This document shows positions 24,041-37,299 of a DNA stretch of 64,000 nt, piece by piece. The stretch is from Octopus bimaculoides (taxonomy: Eukaryota). The stretch lies in assembly GCF_001194135.2 (NCBI RefSeq), contig NC_068983.1, positions 159,354,303 to 159,418,302 of the forward strand, given 5' to 3'. The position numbers and the translations under genes are program-made. How positions within the stretch are numbered: the stretch's first letter is position 1; each line of letters begins with the position of its first letter. The notes beneath the pieces are model-generated. The model was not told the origin of the DNA. It saw nothing but the letters and a program-made list of their open reading frames with translations, and searched no databases.

Positions 24041-24446
24041 TGGTTTATTTTGTTAACTGTGTTATTCTCATCGCTAACTTTCTACATGTACATCCATGTA
24101 TAGACATACATTTACGCATACACATACGTAGTATATAATACCCATATCACTCCATACGTACTGGAACACATATATGCTTACAAATTGATTCACACATGTA
24201 CCTTATACACACATAACATAAATACGTACGCAAAACATACTTGCACACGTACACACACAAGTATAATGAAGAATACAAAAGAAGGAAAATGTACAAAAAT
24301 TTTATGTTGGATGTTATATATTTATTTTTATGAAATAAAATATTTACATTGTCGATCGCTTTCACTTATGCTAATCAATACTCAATAGTTAGTGATAATG
24401 TTCCAGTTTCATGCTATCATAATAAGCTTTCACTCCATGTTTGCAG

Positions 24447-24633
24447 GAGGAAGGATATTTTGTAAATGAATGCAGAGGCAAATATATCTTAGGGGAGGTA
24501 ATCAGTGATTCAATCACTGATTTGCGGTTGGACGTGGCCCGAGTGGAGCCAGCAGAAAGGCGAGCAATCAGAAAGTCTGGAGAAGGCCTGGTGCCTGTTT
24601 TGCCGATAGCACTGGAGGATCTAAGAGCTAAAA
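24447..24633 (+). CDS. Putative coding exon of an unidentified gene: EEGYFVNECRGKYILGEVISDSITDLRLDVARVEPAERRAIRKSGEGLVPVLPIALEDLRAK
   Basis: Acceptor tgtttgcag|, GC-richer open frame with strong G-first codon bias, weak donor |gtgaac (alternative donor gag|gtaatc near 24498). No TE motif recognised. Confidence 0.5.
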
Positions 24634-24643
24634 GTGAACACGC

Positions 24644-24704
<61 letters not shown>

Positions 24705-25157
24705 CTCTCTCTCTTTTTCACACACACACGCACACACGCACACACGCACATATATATTTACAAGTATACTTATGCATAAATATATATAGATAAATATATA
24801 TAAATATGCATATATACATATCAATATATATGTAAACACCTATATATATATATACATATAATATACATGCATATTCATACCTATATACATACAGATATAA
24901 AATTTACTCGCATACACATATATACACGTATACACATATATATACTCACATACATACACACATATACGCACATATACTATAATAAACAAAGATGCTTATG
25001 AATTAATTGGAATCATGTAACATTTACTGAAAGGAAATAATCATTAAAATCTACATTGTCTAGAAAATTCTAAAAAATTCCTATTTGACGTGCTTTGTCT
25101 ATGTTCCCGTTCCTTTTTGACGTCCTATACCCGGATATACATCTATATATACATGTA

Positions 25158-25199
<42 letters not shown>

Positions 25200-25770
25200 T
25201 ATATAATCGAAATGTGGTTCTTAAGTTTCTTTTGAACTAAACAATTAATTTGATTCCTTTCGAGAAAACGTTTTTCAAAATATTGCAGTGCGAGCCTTTT
25301 TTAACGTCTTACTCCCTTCTTTCTCTCTTTCTATCTTTTATTTGTTTACATAATTCAGACAGTTAATTATTTGCTGAAGCCTCCACTACTATCGTATAAT
25401 CATTGTTCATGTAGTGAACAGGAATAAAATACCATTTTCCATCTCTGTACATCAGTAGTTGTGTGTTTATATACGTTATCAATACTAAAATGTGCAAATA
25501 CATTTGTCGATGGAAAAGTTGTGCAGTGGATATCAGTTATTCTATTACATGTGCTAGAACCTATAGTAATTCTTTAATATGATTTTTTTCAGTACAACCC
25601 CTTATAATTGTATGATGTTTAAAAAAAAACACTTTGAACATCAGAGATTCTCAGCCTGCAATATTAAAAAAAACAAAACATTTTTATTATATAAAACGTG
25701 TTTTTTTAAAAATAACACACTGATTTGGATTTGAGGATTTACAACCGCAAAACTTACTTTTTTTTTCCAG

Positions 25771-25795
25771 AAATGTTTCGTTTGTTTTTGAAGTG
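25771..25795 (+). other. Candidate 25 nt micro-exon
   Basis: cttacttttttttttccag| acceptor and gtg|gtaagt donor. Confidence 0.4.
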
Positions 25796-27449
25796 GTAAG
25801 TATATATATGTCTTTGCATTTGAAAGCATTAGTTTGTTTACTTTCTGATAATTTAAAACTGTTATTTCAGTTCGCTTTACTAAAGATAAAAATGCAATTA
25901 CAAATATATTTATATATTTCAAATGCGTTCGAAATATATATTGAACAAAACAAAATAGTATATTAATACACATACGATTTAAATGCAAACGGAATATATT
26001 TATTTACAAAACGTTATATTCATAGACATTGAAATGTAAGTGAAGTATAATTATTGTACAAAACATATACACTTTAAATGCGATTTTTCAATTGCAGCCA
26101 ACCAATGGACTCTCCAACTATTCTCCTGTGATATACATACATGTATTCAACGCGTTCACGCACAGAGAAACATCCCAAATACATTAATGTTTTGACCATT
26201 TTCTACCTTTACAGAAACCACTCAAATTTTTCTGATAATATTATTAAATTATTCTTATTGGTAGTTACAATCATATTAGAGAAAAAACATATAATTATTA
26301 TATTAATAATAATAACAATGATAATCCTTTATTTACCATCAAGGCAACGAACATTTGGGGAAGTATTCGAGTGATAGGGTAATATGAAATTACAGAGGAT
26401 GGGGGCGAACGAGGTTCCTGCTATTCCTAGCACACTAAACTACCACATACAGGGTACGCTACCTTTGAGTTTAAAAGAGATAGATTAAGACTGCGATAAG
26501 ATAATGAAGGAAATTTACTTGAGCGACTGAGCAGTATTAAGCGAATGCAGTATACAAAGTAAAATTAGACATACCGTATGAGAAGAATTACACAAATTAG
26601 GAACCGAATGTGCAAATATCATTTAGCAATTAACTGAAACCCACCCGTTCTTTCTGCTAGAATATTTAATTATATTTTATACAAACTAAATTTAGGCTTA
26701 TAAAAATTTATCTATTATCATTTATGAAATTATCCGTAAATATTGATAAGTAATTAAACATATTTATTTAATTTACGATTACCGGCAAACGCCAGGCAAA
26801 AAAGAGCTACGATTCTGCTAAGTTAGAAATGAAAAAATAGAAAAGAAAAAAATCAACTAAGCATTGTAAGAGAGCATCTGAAAGATATTTTTGTGTGAAT
26901 GAGATATATTTGCAGTTATATCCAAGTTCAAAATATTAGAAAAGAGAAGACATTCTGTTTTCTAAAAAGAAAAAAAAAGCAGCTTTTCTTCATATTAGGT
27001 CTTAAAATTTTATGTGCATTTCAAACTATAGCTAGAAAAGAAAACAACATACACGCGTGCGGGCACACACAGACGCACGCGCACGTATACACAGAAGCAC
27101 AGATATGCTCTCATATGCCAGAACGATTAGATTCTTTAATAAATGGATATTATAATAAGAACCCTGTATCTTTATCCTTGGTTACCATACAAGAATATGA
27201 AGGTCAGTTTTCCAATATTATGGGATAGTCATTCCACCCTAGAGACGTCCGTATGGAAAAAAAAACGAAATAAAAAGTTAGCTCATCTAATCCTTTGGAA
27301 TTAATATGGTATCACTGCTGTAATCTACGAAAAAGCCAACAAGGTGAGTGTCAATATTAAGACCGTTATAGACTGCCAGTAAAACGTAATATGCACGCAT
27401 GCATAAAAGATACAAAGCTTCATCGTTGGAATATAGATAGCAAAAGAAA

Positions 27450-29170
27450 AATAACATTTAAAGCTTGCATAATTTCACTGTTCTACTAACAAGTTATATT
27501 TGTATTGTGCGAGTTAGGTGCTTGATTTCTTTAATTGAGAAACCTTAGCTTATCCAAGTTGTTACTTTAGAATTTACTCACAAAACCATGTGCACCAATT
27601 ATTATTGGTATAAATATGAATTTATAATCTGGATATAGAAGCTGGAGGTTTCGAAGCAGTTGTCCATAGTTATCCTCTTTCCTTTTGATTTTTATAGAGA
27701 TATTCACATCAGCAAGACAGCTGGCTTCTGTGATGGTGCATACTTTTTCTCGTCTGTCTCAGACAATAATATCCGGTCTGTTATGTTTACACTTGACAGA
27801 TATCTTGATGGGAATGTTCCACTAATATTCCGTGTGTTGATATCTGTGTACGTATTAAATAACAGGGAAATTCTCTATATTTATTCCAGGACAGTCTTTT
27901 TTCCGAATAGCATTGTATGTTGTTTTTGCGAAAACTAGGTCAAGGCTCTTTTTCATCTCATGCATATTTTTTTGCATAAAGTTTCAAGTCATCCACAAAG
28001 AAACAGTATGTAATCCTTCAGACTTCCTTAACATGAATGACAAGGGGCTTTCAGAAAATATAAACAACACCAGCGAGAGGCTATCTCCTTGAAATATGCC
28101 TTTATGATACTGTATTCTATTAGTGATAATACAGTCACTCTTTGTGTTTAATTTCAAGATGGTGGCCCACGATGAAGTCAGGTCAGCAATGGCTTTGTCT
28201 ATGCTGGGTGGGACGGGACTTTAGCAAGTTGAAGGGCTTCTAGCACCCACGAGTGGAGAATAGAGTCAAAGGCTTTCTTGTAGTCTAGTCACATTGAAAC
28301 TAGGTTCCTCTTATGCTCTCACACCCCTGACATCACAATGTTGTTGATTAACAATTGCTCGGCACATCCCCAGACTTCCTTCTTCCCAGCTGCTTGTTCT
28401 GCTGTGATGATGTTATTATTTTCACAATGGTCCTGGAGGAAGAGGTTTAAGCATGCTGTATATATCTTATACATTAAGTGCTGATATGCAATTGGTCGGT
28501 AGTTTTTGCCATGTGCGTGGTTCTGCAGTTGGGGATCAATTTTGTCTCTGCTAGAGTTAACCAGTGTGGTATGCTACTGTTTCTATTGATAGCTTGCTGG
28601 TGCAGATTGATAAGATATAGTGGGTAGAAGGTTGGCTTCTTGTAACAATATCCAACAATCAACTCTCTTCGAGGTGCTTTTCCATCCTGGAGTCTCTGGA
28701 TCACAGTTGCAAGAGTTTCATAAATGCTGTATGTCTTGGATGTAACGCAGGAGCAGTAACTTCTTCGGATTTCTTCCAGCCACAGAGCATCTTGGTTAAA
28801 CTCCTTGTCACTCCAGATTATCCTCCAGAAGGAGTCTACGTTTTCTCGTGAAGGAGATTCTGTGATGTTCACTGCTTCTCCTCTCATGTCGCTGTATACT
28901 GCTGCCTGTTTCCGGTTAAATTTTTATTTATTGTTCTTCTCTCGGTTATTCTCTTCTGATGTCGGAGTTTTTCACAGACAACTTTTAGCGCCTGCTTGAG
29001 GGTAAACTGTTTGCAAGTGAGTGTCCTCTTCTTACTGTCTCCAAAAAATCTCCGTCTTTACTTTCTCTATAGTGGTTAGCTTGTTGGCACGCAATAAGCA
29101 TCGTTACATGACTGATGGCCTTCCGTAAATCAGCTATCGTGTTCTCTGTCTTCAAAACCTATGATGGTAC
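27450..29170 (-). mobile_element. R4/Dong-type RLE non-LTR retrotransposon remnant (RT and restriction-like endonuclease pieces, internally deleted)
   Basis: SFWRIIW...DALWL, KAP, PHWLTLAETKLIP, LDYKKAFDSILHSW and HNRPDIIV...DVNISIK...FIPIIIGAHG motifs. Confidence 0.85.
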
Positions 29171-29316
29171 TTTCTTTGTTATTTTGTTTTCTTTTACTTT
29201 TTGAGTGTCATTCATGTACTACTTTGCAGTAGTAGCAAGAGCATATAGACAGAAGTTAATCTGCCAGAACGTGGGTTCATCACACTGCTGTAAATACTCA
29301 TCACCAATTTCGTTAA

Positions 29317-29351
<35 letters not shown>

Positions 29352-30024
29352 GAATCAAATGCTTAGTTGTGATATACTCGGTGTGATATGTCAGTGCTTT
29401 GCGGATTGTAGACAAGGTTGTCTATAAACCCAGTCCTAATGTCTGATTAAGCATTGAAGATATGAAGTAGAAAGCAAAATAAACCTTAAATTTAAAAGAT
29501 AATTCAGCAAATTATGACGTCACAATAGACATGTTTCGAAATTTTTAAACGAGATAAAAAACAAAGTAAAATAATATCAAATATATTACCCCACCACTTT
29601 GATTACGTCACAATTAAAATTACACCATATTTCTAACATACAAGCATATTCATAAATTTGTGAGTTTCTGTGGTTACTCTACCTGAAGAAATTGCAGCCA
29701 ACACTCCTTCAGACCATAATAAGGAAAATAGTTGTTTGAGACTTGGAATGTTATGGAGAAGTCATTTAAGTAAATGCAAATATTGCACTACTTATTAACT
29801 GAGTGAAGAATATAAAATAAAATAATTTTAAGATAATTGTTTTGTTTAGAACGATTCAACTTTTGCTGAGGAAGAGAAACTAAATTTAAATTAATTTACC
29901 GTATTAAAAATCGTCTAATAGAGATAAAGTTAATAACTTTCTAATTCGTTCAATGATTATTTGTATATATACTGAATATAATTCATATTTTATATTCAAC
30001 GTAGCATTTTAAACGGCTAAACAG

Positions 30025-30673
30025 TTATTACCCTACGCGCGTAAGCGAAAGCAAGGTATTGTAATCTCTGTGTACAGTGACGGATTCGAGGGTTTCGTTA
30101 GTTTACGAGTTGATTTCTTAATTTCACAGGAGTATAAATACCTATAATGGTGGTATTTAAAAAAAAATCAAAAAATTAAAATCGAACTCACAGATTTCTC
30201 GATAAGCAAGTGATCATATTATTTATATCCTACAACGAACTTCAGTGCGTTTGATTCACCTGCTATCATTGAAAGATGTTGCTATGCAATACTTTCTATA
30301 AGTATTTAATTTTGTTCACTTTTTACATATGAATCGGTTCTTGTCTGCGAGTGTATAGATCGTGTTGCACTTATGCGCGTAGAGTCTTGGGGGTACATAC
30401 ATACATAGATATGCGACTGTGTGTGTGTGTGTGTGTATGTGCGCGAGCACATATGTGTACAGTGATGGATTTGAGAGTTTAATTTATTTACGAGTTGATT
30501 TCTTAATTTCACTGTTCTTAGGCTTCTAATACTCTTTTAGTCAAACACTTACAAAGCTTAATTCAGTTCAATTAAAAAGTATGGGTAAGCAACGCATTGT
30601 AAACCACATTATAATTTACAAAAACAAATATCTGCGTACAGGCTATGCATCGCCCCTCCGATGCCTTTGTTTT
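30025..30673 (+). mobile_element. Possible DINE-1/HINE-like (non-autonomous Helentron) element
   Basis: 5' hairpin ttattacc...ggtattgtaa, ~59 bp core duplicated (30069-30127, 30454-30512), internal microsatellite, 3' hairpin GCATCG-N6-CGATGC followed by a T run. Confidence 0.45.
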
Positions 30674-31076
30674 TCATTTAAAAAAATGGTGCCATCCGTA
30701 TACATCTATATACAAAAGATTGTGGATTGTCTCATCAAAGCATCTGCGTTCGAGTCCAGACCTATTTAACCCTTTAACTGTAAAATTCAATTTCATGATT
30801 ATTCCAGTAATGAATTTAACATATCTACAGAAGAAAAGTTGGTATTTTCTGTAAGTCACGTTGCCTCAATTTTGTCATATCTCGAGACAAAATTGTTTAA
30901 AACAGGGAATTTCTCCGCAAAAGATAAATTGGTATATAAACTGCTTTCCACAGTTAAGTGTAATGAAAATTTGAGTGAACATATCTGCTTTCCGCAATCT
31001 TTTATTGCGGAAAGCAGATATATTAACATACCGACTATTGTTATCAGTGGCAAAAGGAAAGTGAGTGAGTGAGTGT

Positions 31077-31145
<69 letters not shown>

Positions 31146-31885
31146 ATAGAGAGAAGGTAGAATTTGTTTTCATAATTCTCTTTGACGTTATCAGCTAAAT
31201 CGGTTGCAATTTACTCATGGCATGTTTATGTATCATTGTTTTACAGGGTCAATGTATTCCATGCTCAGAATCTTCTCCCTTCTTGTATAACTTCCAGTTA
31301 TACCTTTGTTGTCATCACACTATCATCATGTCTTTGCAGCATGACTTGTCTTCCGGAAACAGGTTGTTTTCTTTTTCCAATCTTTTACTTACATTCTCTG
31401 ATATTGTAGCAGTTAAGGCTTTCTAGATAGTAGGAAGTTAAGTTATAGGCTGGTAGTTCTAAGGGCTTACTGGTTCTTTTGTCTAGGATATTAGAATTTT
31501 TCTCCTCGGCCATTGAAGATTTTCTCAAGCTCCTCCGTCAGCGCCTTCTGAAACTTCTCTAATAACAGTTTCTGTGTCAATAAAATATCTTACTATAAAT
31601 TTGAGGCCATATACCCGGCACCTTTTATTTGTTTATCTTTGTAGTTCTACTTATTTCACGAACCATATGCATTGATTAGTGTCATTCTTACTAAATTCTT
31701 GATTAAATCGTTTTTGGTTGGACGTGACCTATTTATTTTGTCCTAAGAATTATTGTTATTTTTCATATTGTACAAATTTGTTCTTTGTAATTTAGCGAGT
31801 GTCTCTTGATTTAAGAGTTCATTGATTCGGATACTTTCCTTTTTATCATATTTTAAAAAATATTTCCTCTTCTTTTTATTTTCAG

Positions 31886-31908
31886 CTGTGTAGTTATCAA
31901 ATCTTAAG
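31886..31908 (+). other. Candidate 23 nt micro-exon
   Basis: ~25 nt pyrimidine tract ending ttttcag| and aag|gtaagt donor. Confidence 0.45.
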
Positions 31909-32506
31909 GTAAGTGTAAATTGGCAGAGCTGTTTAGACGAGCAGACAAAATTCCTTGAGGCGTATGGCTACGTTGCATTATGTGCTGAAATAGAATAATT
32001 ACAACTTGATAAAATAAAGTACTAGTCAAGTGATAGAGTTATATTAAAGTACATTTCTGACTCTCTAAAACAAAAACGCTGGTCTAGTGCCTGTCTAACA
32101 AATTAATATGTACTAGAAAACTAAAGCAATCGGACGTCACTGTCATCTCCGGCTAAAAAGTAAATTTTACCGGAATTACCTAACGGAAAATATTTAAAAA
32201 AAATCCTTTTCCGTCAAAGGCATCAAAATATTTGAGCGTCTACATTGTCCTGGGATGAAAAAGAAGTTCGTTGAAACATTGTTCTTAACTGAAAATATTT
32301 CTGCCATTGGTCATTTGCGATATTTAATTAGGTTACATGATGGCTGTCTCAGGAGTAGGAAGAAGTGTTGGTCTCGGTGATAGCAGAAGTAGTCTCAATA
32401 ACGTGAACAAACACGCCCAAAATTATTTTCAAATACAAAGATAGAAAAGAAATATAAAAAGTAATGTAAAATTTAGACAGACATAGCTTACAGCTACACA
32501 ACAGCG

Positions 32507-32541
<35 letters not shown>

Positions 32542-32801
32542 CACACAGAGACACACACACACAGACACACACACACACACACANNNNNNNNNNNNNNNNN
32601 NNNNNNNNNNNNNNNNNNNNNNNNNNNNNNNNNNNNNNNNNNNNNNNNNNNNNNNNNNNNNNNNNNNNNNNNNNNNNNNNNNNNNNNNNNNNNNNNNNNN
32701 NNNNNNNNNNNNNNNNNNNNNNNNNNNNNNNNNNNNNNNNNNNNNNNNNNNNNNNNNNNNNNNNNNNNNNNNNNNNNNNNNNNNNNNNNNNNNNNNNNNN
32801 N

Positions 32802-32853
<52 letters not shown>

Positions 32854-32859
32854 GTGTGT

Positions 32860-33025
32860 GTGTTGAAAACCGGTGCTGGTGCGTTATGTCCCCGAAAAAG
32901 AGCCCGATAGAATAAGTACCAGGCTTAAATAAGTACTGGGGGCGATTCATTCGGTTAAAATTCCCCAAGGCAGTGCCCCAGCATGGACGTAGTCTAGTGA
33001 CCGAAGCAAGTAAAAATAAAAAATA
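32860..33025 (+). mobile_element. SINE family 1, 3' half
   Basis: gatagaataagtaccaggc...cccagcatgg...gaagcaagtaaaa. Confidence 0.75.
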
Positions 33026-33109
33026 ATGCCGGAGTAAATGGCGAAGGAAAGACAAAACAATCACGTGTGTATATCTCTCAAGACCAAGATCCATATATTG
33101 AACTATTAT

Positions 33110-33500
33110 GTCTACACTGTGTTAATGTATAGAAGTTTGGCTTGGAGAACTGTGAAATGTGGATCTTAAGTGTTGAATGAAGAAGTGATGATTTGGGCTG
33201 TGGTAAATAGAAAACTGCTTTGTGAAATAAGAGCCAAGCAACTGAGATTTTTGGGTTATCTGATGGGGAAAGAGGGTCTGGAGAACTTAGAGATGACCGG
33301 AAAGATTCAAGGGGAAAATATGCAGAGGAAGGAGAAGGGCAACATGAGTGTCAGGCTTGACGAACTGGTTAGAAGTAAGAGTAATTAAACATCAGGAAAT
33401 GCAACAGAAAACAGTGAACAGAGAATTATAGTAGTAGGGCATGATTGCTTATGTCCTACATTCTGGACATGGCACCTAAAAAAGAAACAAGATGTCTATG
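33110..33500 (+). mobile_element. RTE-clade LINE 3' end remnant
   Basis: RKLLCEIRAKQLRFLGYLMGKEGLENLEMTGKIQG is typical of RTE/BovB C-termini. Confidence 0.75.
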
Positions 33501-33859
33501 CTAAGAAACGAGAAAGTTCATTTTATTTTCAAAGGAACAAGTGAAGCAAACATTTTCAAATATACTGACTGAAATATATAAATAGAAAAGTATTTGGAGA
33601 TAGTCTGTGCTATATCTAAAACAGAACATGAAGTAAGGAAGAAGAGACCAACAAATAATGATATACTGTAGCCCACAGACTGTGGACTGGTCGACGGCCA
33701 TTGTAGATCGTTGTTTGATGCCCGCTCTTATTTAATTAATTTTCTTCTGTAAGTATAGCAAAAATTGTTCCTAAATATTTTCCAGTCTATATGATATTTC
33801 AGGGCACATATAAGAAAGCGTTAGCAGCATTTCTTCCCTTGAGGGGAAACAAAAACTGT

Positions 33860-33901
33860 CTACAACAACAATAAAAAAACTCCAGCAACAGCAACAGCAG
33901 C

Positions 33902-33963
<62 letters not shown>

Positions 33964-34010
33964 ACACAGCAGCAGCAACAACAACAATAGCAACAATACC
34001 GACATCAACA
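33860..34010. repeat. (CAA)n/(CAG)n trinucleotide microsatellite
   Basis: Direct sequence; explains the poly-L and poly-V pseudo-ORFs. Confidence 0.95.
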
Positions 34011-34259
34011 TCGTAACTCGAAACCACATCGAAATCAGTAGGAAAGACACAATCACAAAAACAAAACAAAAAAGGAAATCCCAAATCCCAAAGCAAGAAG
34101 AATAACAATAACCGCTGCAGCGCCACAATCCTCGACCGCTTTCAATGCCATTGTTGCGTAATAGAGTGATATTGACTTGGCGGAGGAATCGGATGCTCTT
34201 CGTTAGATTATGCAGTTCTATAATGTTTGACTATACAGCTCTATATTTAAGAGATGAGG

Positions 34260-34530
34260 AATTATGTACATTATGTACATTATTTACATTATTTACATTC
34301 GACGGATATTTGTCCTCATCTTGTTTGTTGTTAACACAACGTTTCGGCTGATATACCCTCCAGCATTCATCAGGTGTCTTGGGGAAATTTCGAACCTGGG
34401 TTCTCATTCCTAAGGTATTTTTCGATGTTGTTATCATTATTATTATTATTATTCAGATCACTGCCTGGAATTGAACTCGAAATCTTGGGGTTAGTAGCCC
34501 ACCCTCTTAACAACTACGCCAAAACTGTGG
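34260..34530 (-). mobile_element. Complete tRNA-head/(AAT)n/hammerhead unit (copy B), directly 3' of a PLE ORF
   Basis: A-box-like 34511-34521, B-box-like 34468-34476, (AAT)n, hammerhead 34333-34378, 3' tandem (ATAATGTAM)n tail. Confidence 0.9.
34333..34378 (-). ncRNA. Minimal type I hammerhead motif, base of stem II mutated
   Basis: Identical to 12499-12544 except G to U at the first stem II position (plus 34365). Confidence 0.7.
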
Positions 34531-34554
34531 GCAATTACGAAGTGTATTTTAGGG

Positions 34555-35200
34555 CTTATAAATCTAATATTCTCCTATCCTTCCTTAATACCGCTTCCCA
34601 TATGCTGTTTCATATTTGCACTCGGTTTGCTTAGGAGATTGTTGTGTCCTAGCATATATGCTGCTTCTTTTAGTTTTCGTGTTTTCCAGTGGTGTTCTCT
34701 GTCTATTATTTTAATTTCATTCCACATGAGGAGGTGGTCTCCATTTTTCCATGCATGATCAGCTATACCCGATTTATCAATATCTTCTCGTGTCACAGCC
34801 TTGCGATGTTCCGCTACCCTTATTTTGAGTGGGCAAGATGTTTCGCCTTTGTATAACCTACCACAGCTGCATGGGATGGAGTAAAGGCAGTTCTAAGTCA
34901 TATTCTCTTTTATTAGCGGTTTTACTCAAAGGAGATATTTGCAAAGTGTTGTATTACTCTTGAATACTGTCCTGATGTCATATGGGCCGCATATCTTTTG
35001 TATCTTTACGGAGAGGCCTTTCACATAGGGTAGACAGTCTGTGGAAAGTTTATCAGTTTCATCCTCTCTGAACGTTAGATTACTCTGCTCATGATCAACA
35101 AAAGTGACCTCTCTCATGTCTTTTTCGCCAACCAATATGGTCGTACACAGAGTGGGCTGCATAAATACATATGCCTGGGGCTGGCTTGGAAGCAAATATC
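34555..35200 (-). mobile_element. Penelope/Poseidon-type PLE, C-terminal GIY-YIG endonuclease region (decayed)
   Basis: LPYVKGLSVKIQKICGPYDIRTVFKS...CLYSIPCSCGRLYKGET...RVAEH...SGIADHAW...REHHWKTRKLKEA. Confidence 0.88.
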
Positions 35201-35549
35201 TTCCTTGTTTAACGGTCTCAGGTTACTTGGTATAGATGTTTTGACTATCATCAAGACCCGAATTTCCAGGACAAACGAACTCGTACCAAACTTATAAGTG
35301 TCTCTTAATTTGTAAGAGGTTTTAACTAATAAAACGCTCTTAGTTCCTAAAATTCTTTTAAAAAACATATCTGATTACCAGGATATTAAATATTCAGTGG
35401 AATATACGGAAACTGTGGAATGATAATTAGATAAATGCCTTTAAACTATTTCGAATGGAGGGAGAAATAATCGCTACGTTCTGGAATCAGCCTTAAAATG
35501 ATGGATGCACTGGAAATAATTAAAAAGAAAAAGACAATGTATGAGATGC

Positions 35550-35624
<75 letters not shown>

Positions 35625-36332
35625 GACACACACACATACACACACACACAATAACACCATGAAGCGCAGTGTTTATCTTAGAATATCAGCATAAAATATA
35701 AAAAGAGGTAAATCCAACCTAATGTATATAACAGAAACGTGAACAGTAATAGAATGAACCAAAGTAGTTAGAATGAGTAAACTGAGGTTAAGAAGATAAT
35801 GACACTAATAATACTATCGCCAATACTACTGCCAACATCAATAAGAAATAGGATTAGTAATAACGCTAGCATTGATAATTGGGCAAAACAAATGAGAGTT
35901 ACTATTGAAAGAAAATAACATCCAACAAAATTCTACTCAAGAACTATAAACATACGAAGGAAAAATTTTTGCCAAAATAGACTGAGTAATATAAATGTGT
36001 ATAAAGTTTGGTATATAGAAAAGAAATTCATATAGAATTTAAAAAAAAAAAACGTAAAGAAAAATATTAAAATATCAAGACGTAGAAAAATTCACGAATT
36101 GCAAGCAAAAGGGACACATTGTTTTATAACTAGCGCTTTTCTTAGTCCAGCGTCTTAATGAACCATTCTGGCTGTGAAGAAGAAGAAAAAAATGTTGTGT
36201 GTAATAATAACTATGGTAGGTTGACTTGGAAATAGAATAAGAAAAAAAAAATCCCAACTACCCAAGACTAGTCATTACCAAGAAATGTAATCAGACATTT
36301 ATATACGATCACAATCACTCACNNNNNNNNNN

Positions 36333-36395
<63 letters not shown>

Positions 36396-37299
36396 CGCAG
36401 ACTCACACGCACTGACACATACAAACATACACAAACACGCGAACACAGAGGACACATATGAAATGTGTTTTGTTTGTGTATTCGTTAGGATTGAAAACGA
36501 ACTGTTATATATAATATATATCCACACACACATACACAAACTCACACGCACGCACATACTCGCACATACACACATACACACACACATACACATCTTCTCT
36601 AGTGTGAGAGCGCGCGTGTTTAAAAATGACAGAAAATTATATTTCACCAAACTCTGGTAGTTAAGGCTAGTTCTTAGCTTCGATTTTGACATCGTTAAGT
36701 TGAAAGAAAAATCTTTCTATCGCAGGTGTTAACTTTAGAAAGACAATTTGATACACGAGGACAAGTATGTCCAGACACTCAACTTCACACACACTGTTAC
36801 GCACGGTCATACTATTTTCCGCATTCTAGACATAATAGATTAAATTGTTCTGCCAAAGGAGAAATAACATTTGCATCGTAAATTAAATTCTTTGGTGCCA
36901 CTGCGAAAAATTTTCAATAGTTGGCTGGAATATAGTTGTAATCATGAGCAACAAGAGAAAAATACGCAAAGATATACTTCAAAATAATATGATGTCTGTA
37001 GATTCCTTTCATTGAAAGTGAAGAAAAATGCGTAAGTAGAAAAAAAGAGAAAAACATTGTTGAGGCGTTTTGACAAAGTATAAGATTAACGTGCTAATTG
37101 GTTACGTATTCGCTTGTAACTTTTTTTAGAAGGAGAACTGCTGGTAATGTAAATGCTGTTGATGTTAAGCTTGATATTCATCTGTTTATCTACGCTTCTT
37201 TATGTTCTGAGTGCATCTCTCTCTGGGGCTGACACTGTCTTTCATATTTTCGGGTCGATAAAATAGTATCAATGAATTGTATACTGACTCAATATAATC

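Noticed and set aside
30766-30780. ttaacccttt piggyBac-like terminus
   Set aside because: No matching opposite end found.
33860-34010. Poly-glutamine coding exon
   Set aside because: No convincing splice sites or flanking coding sequence; simple microsatellite.
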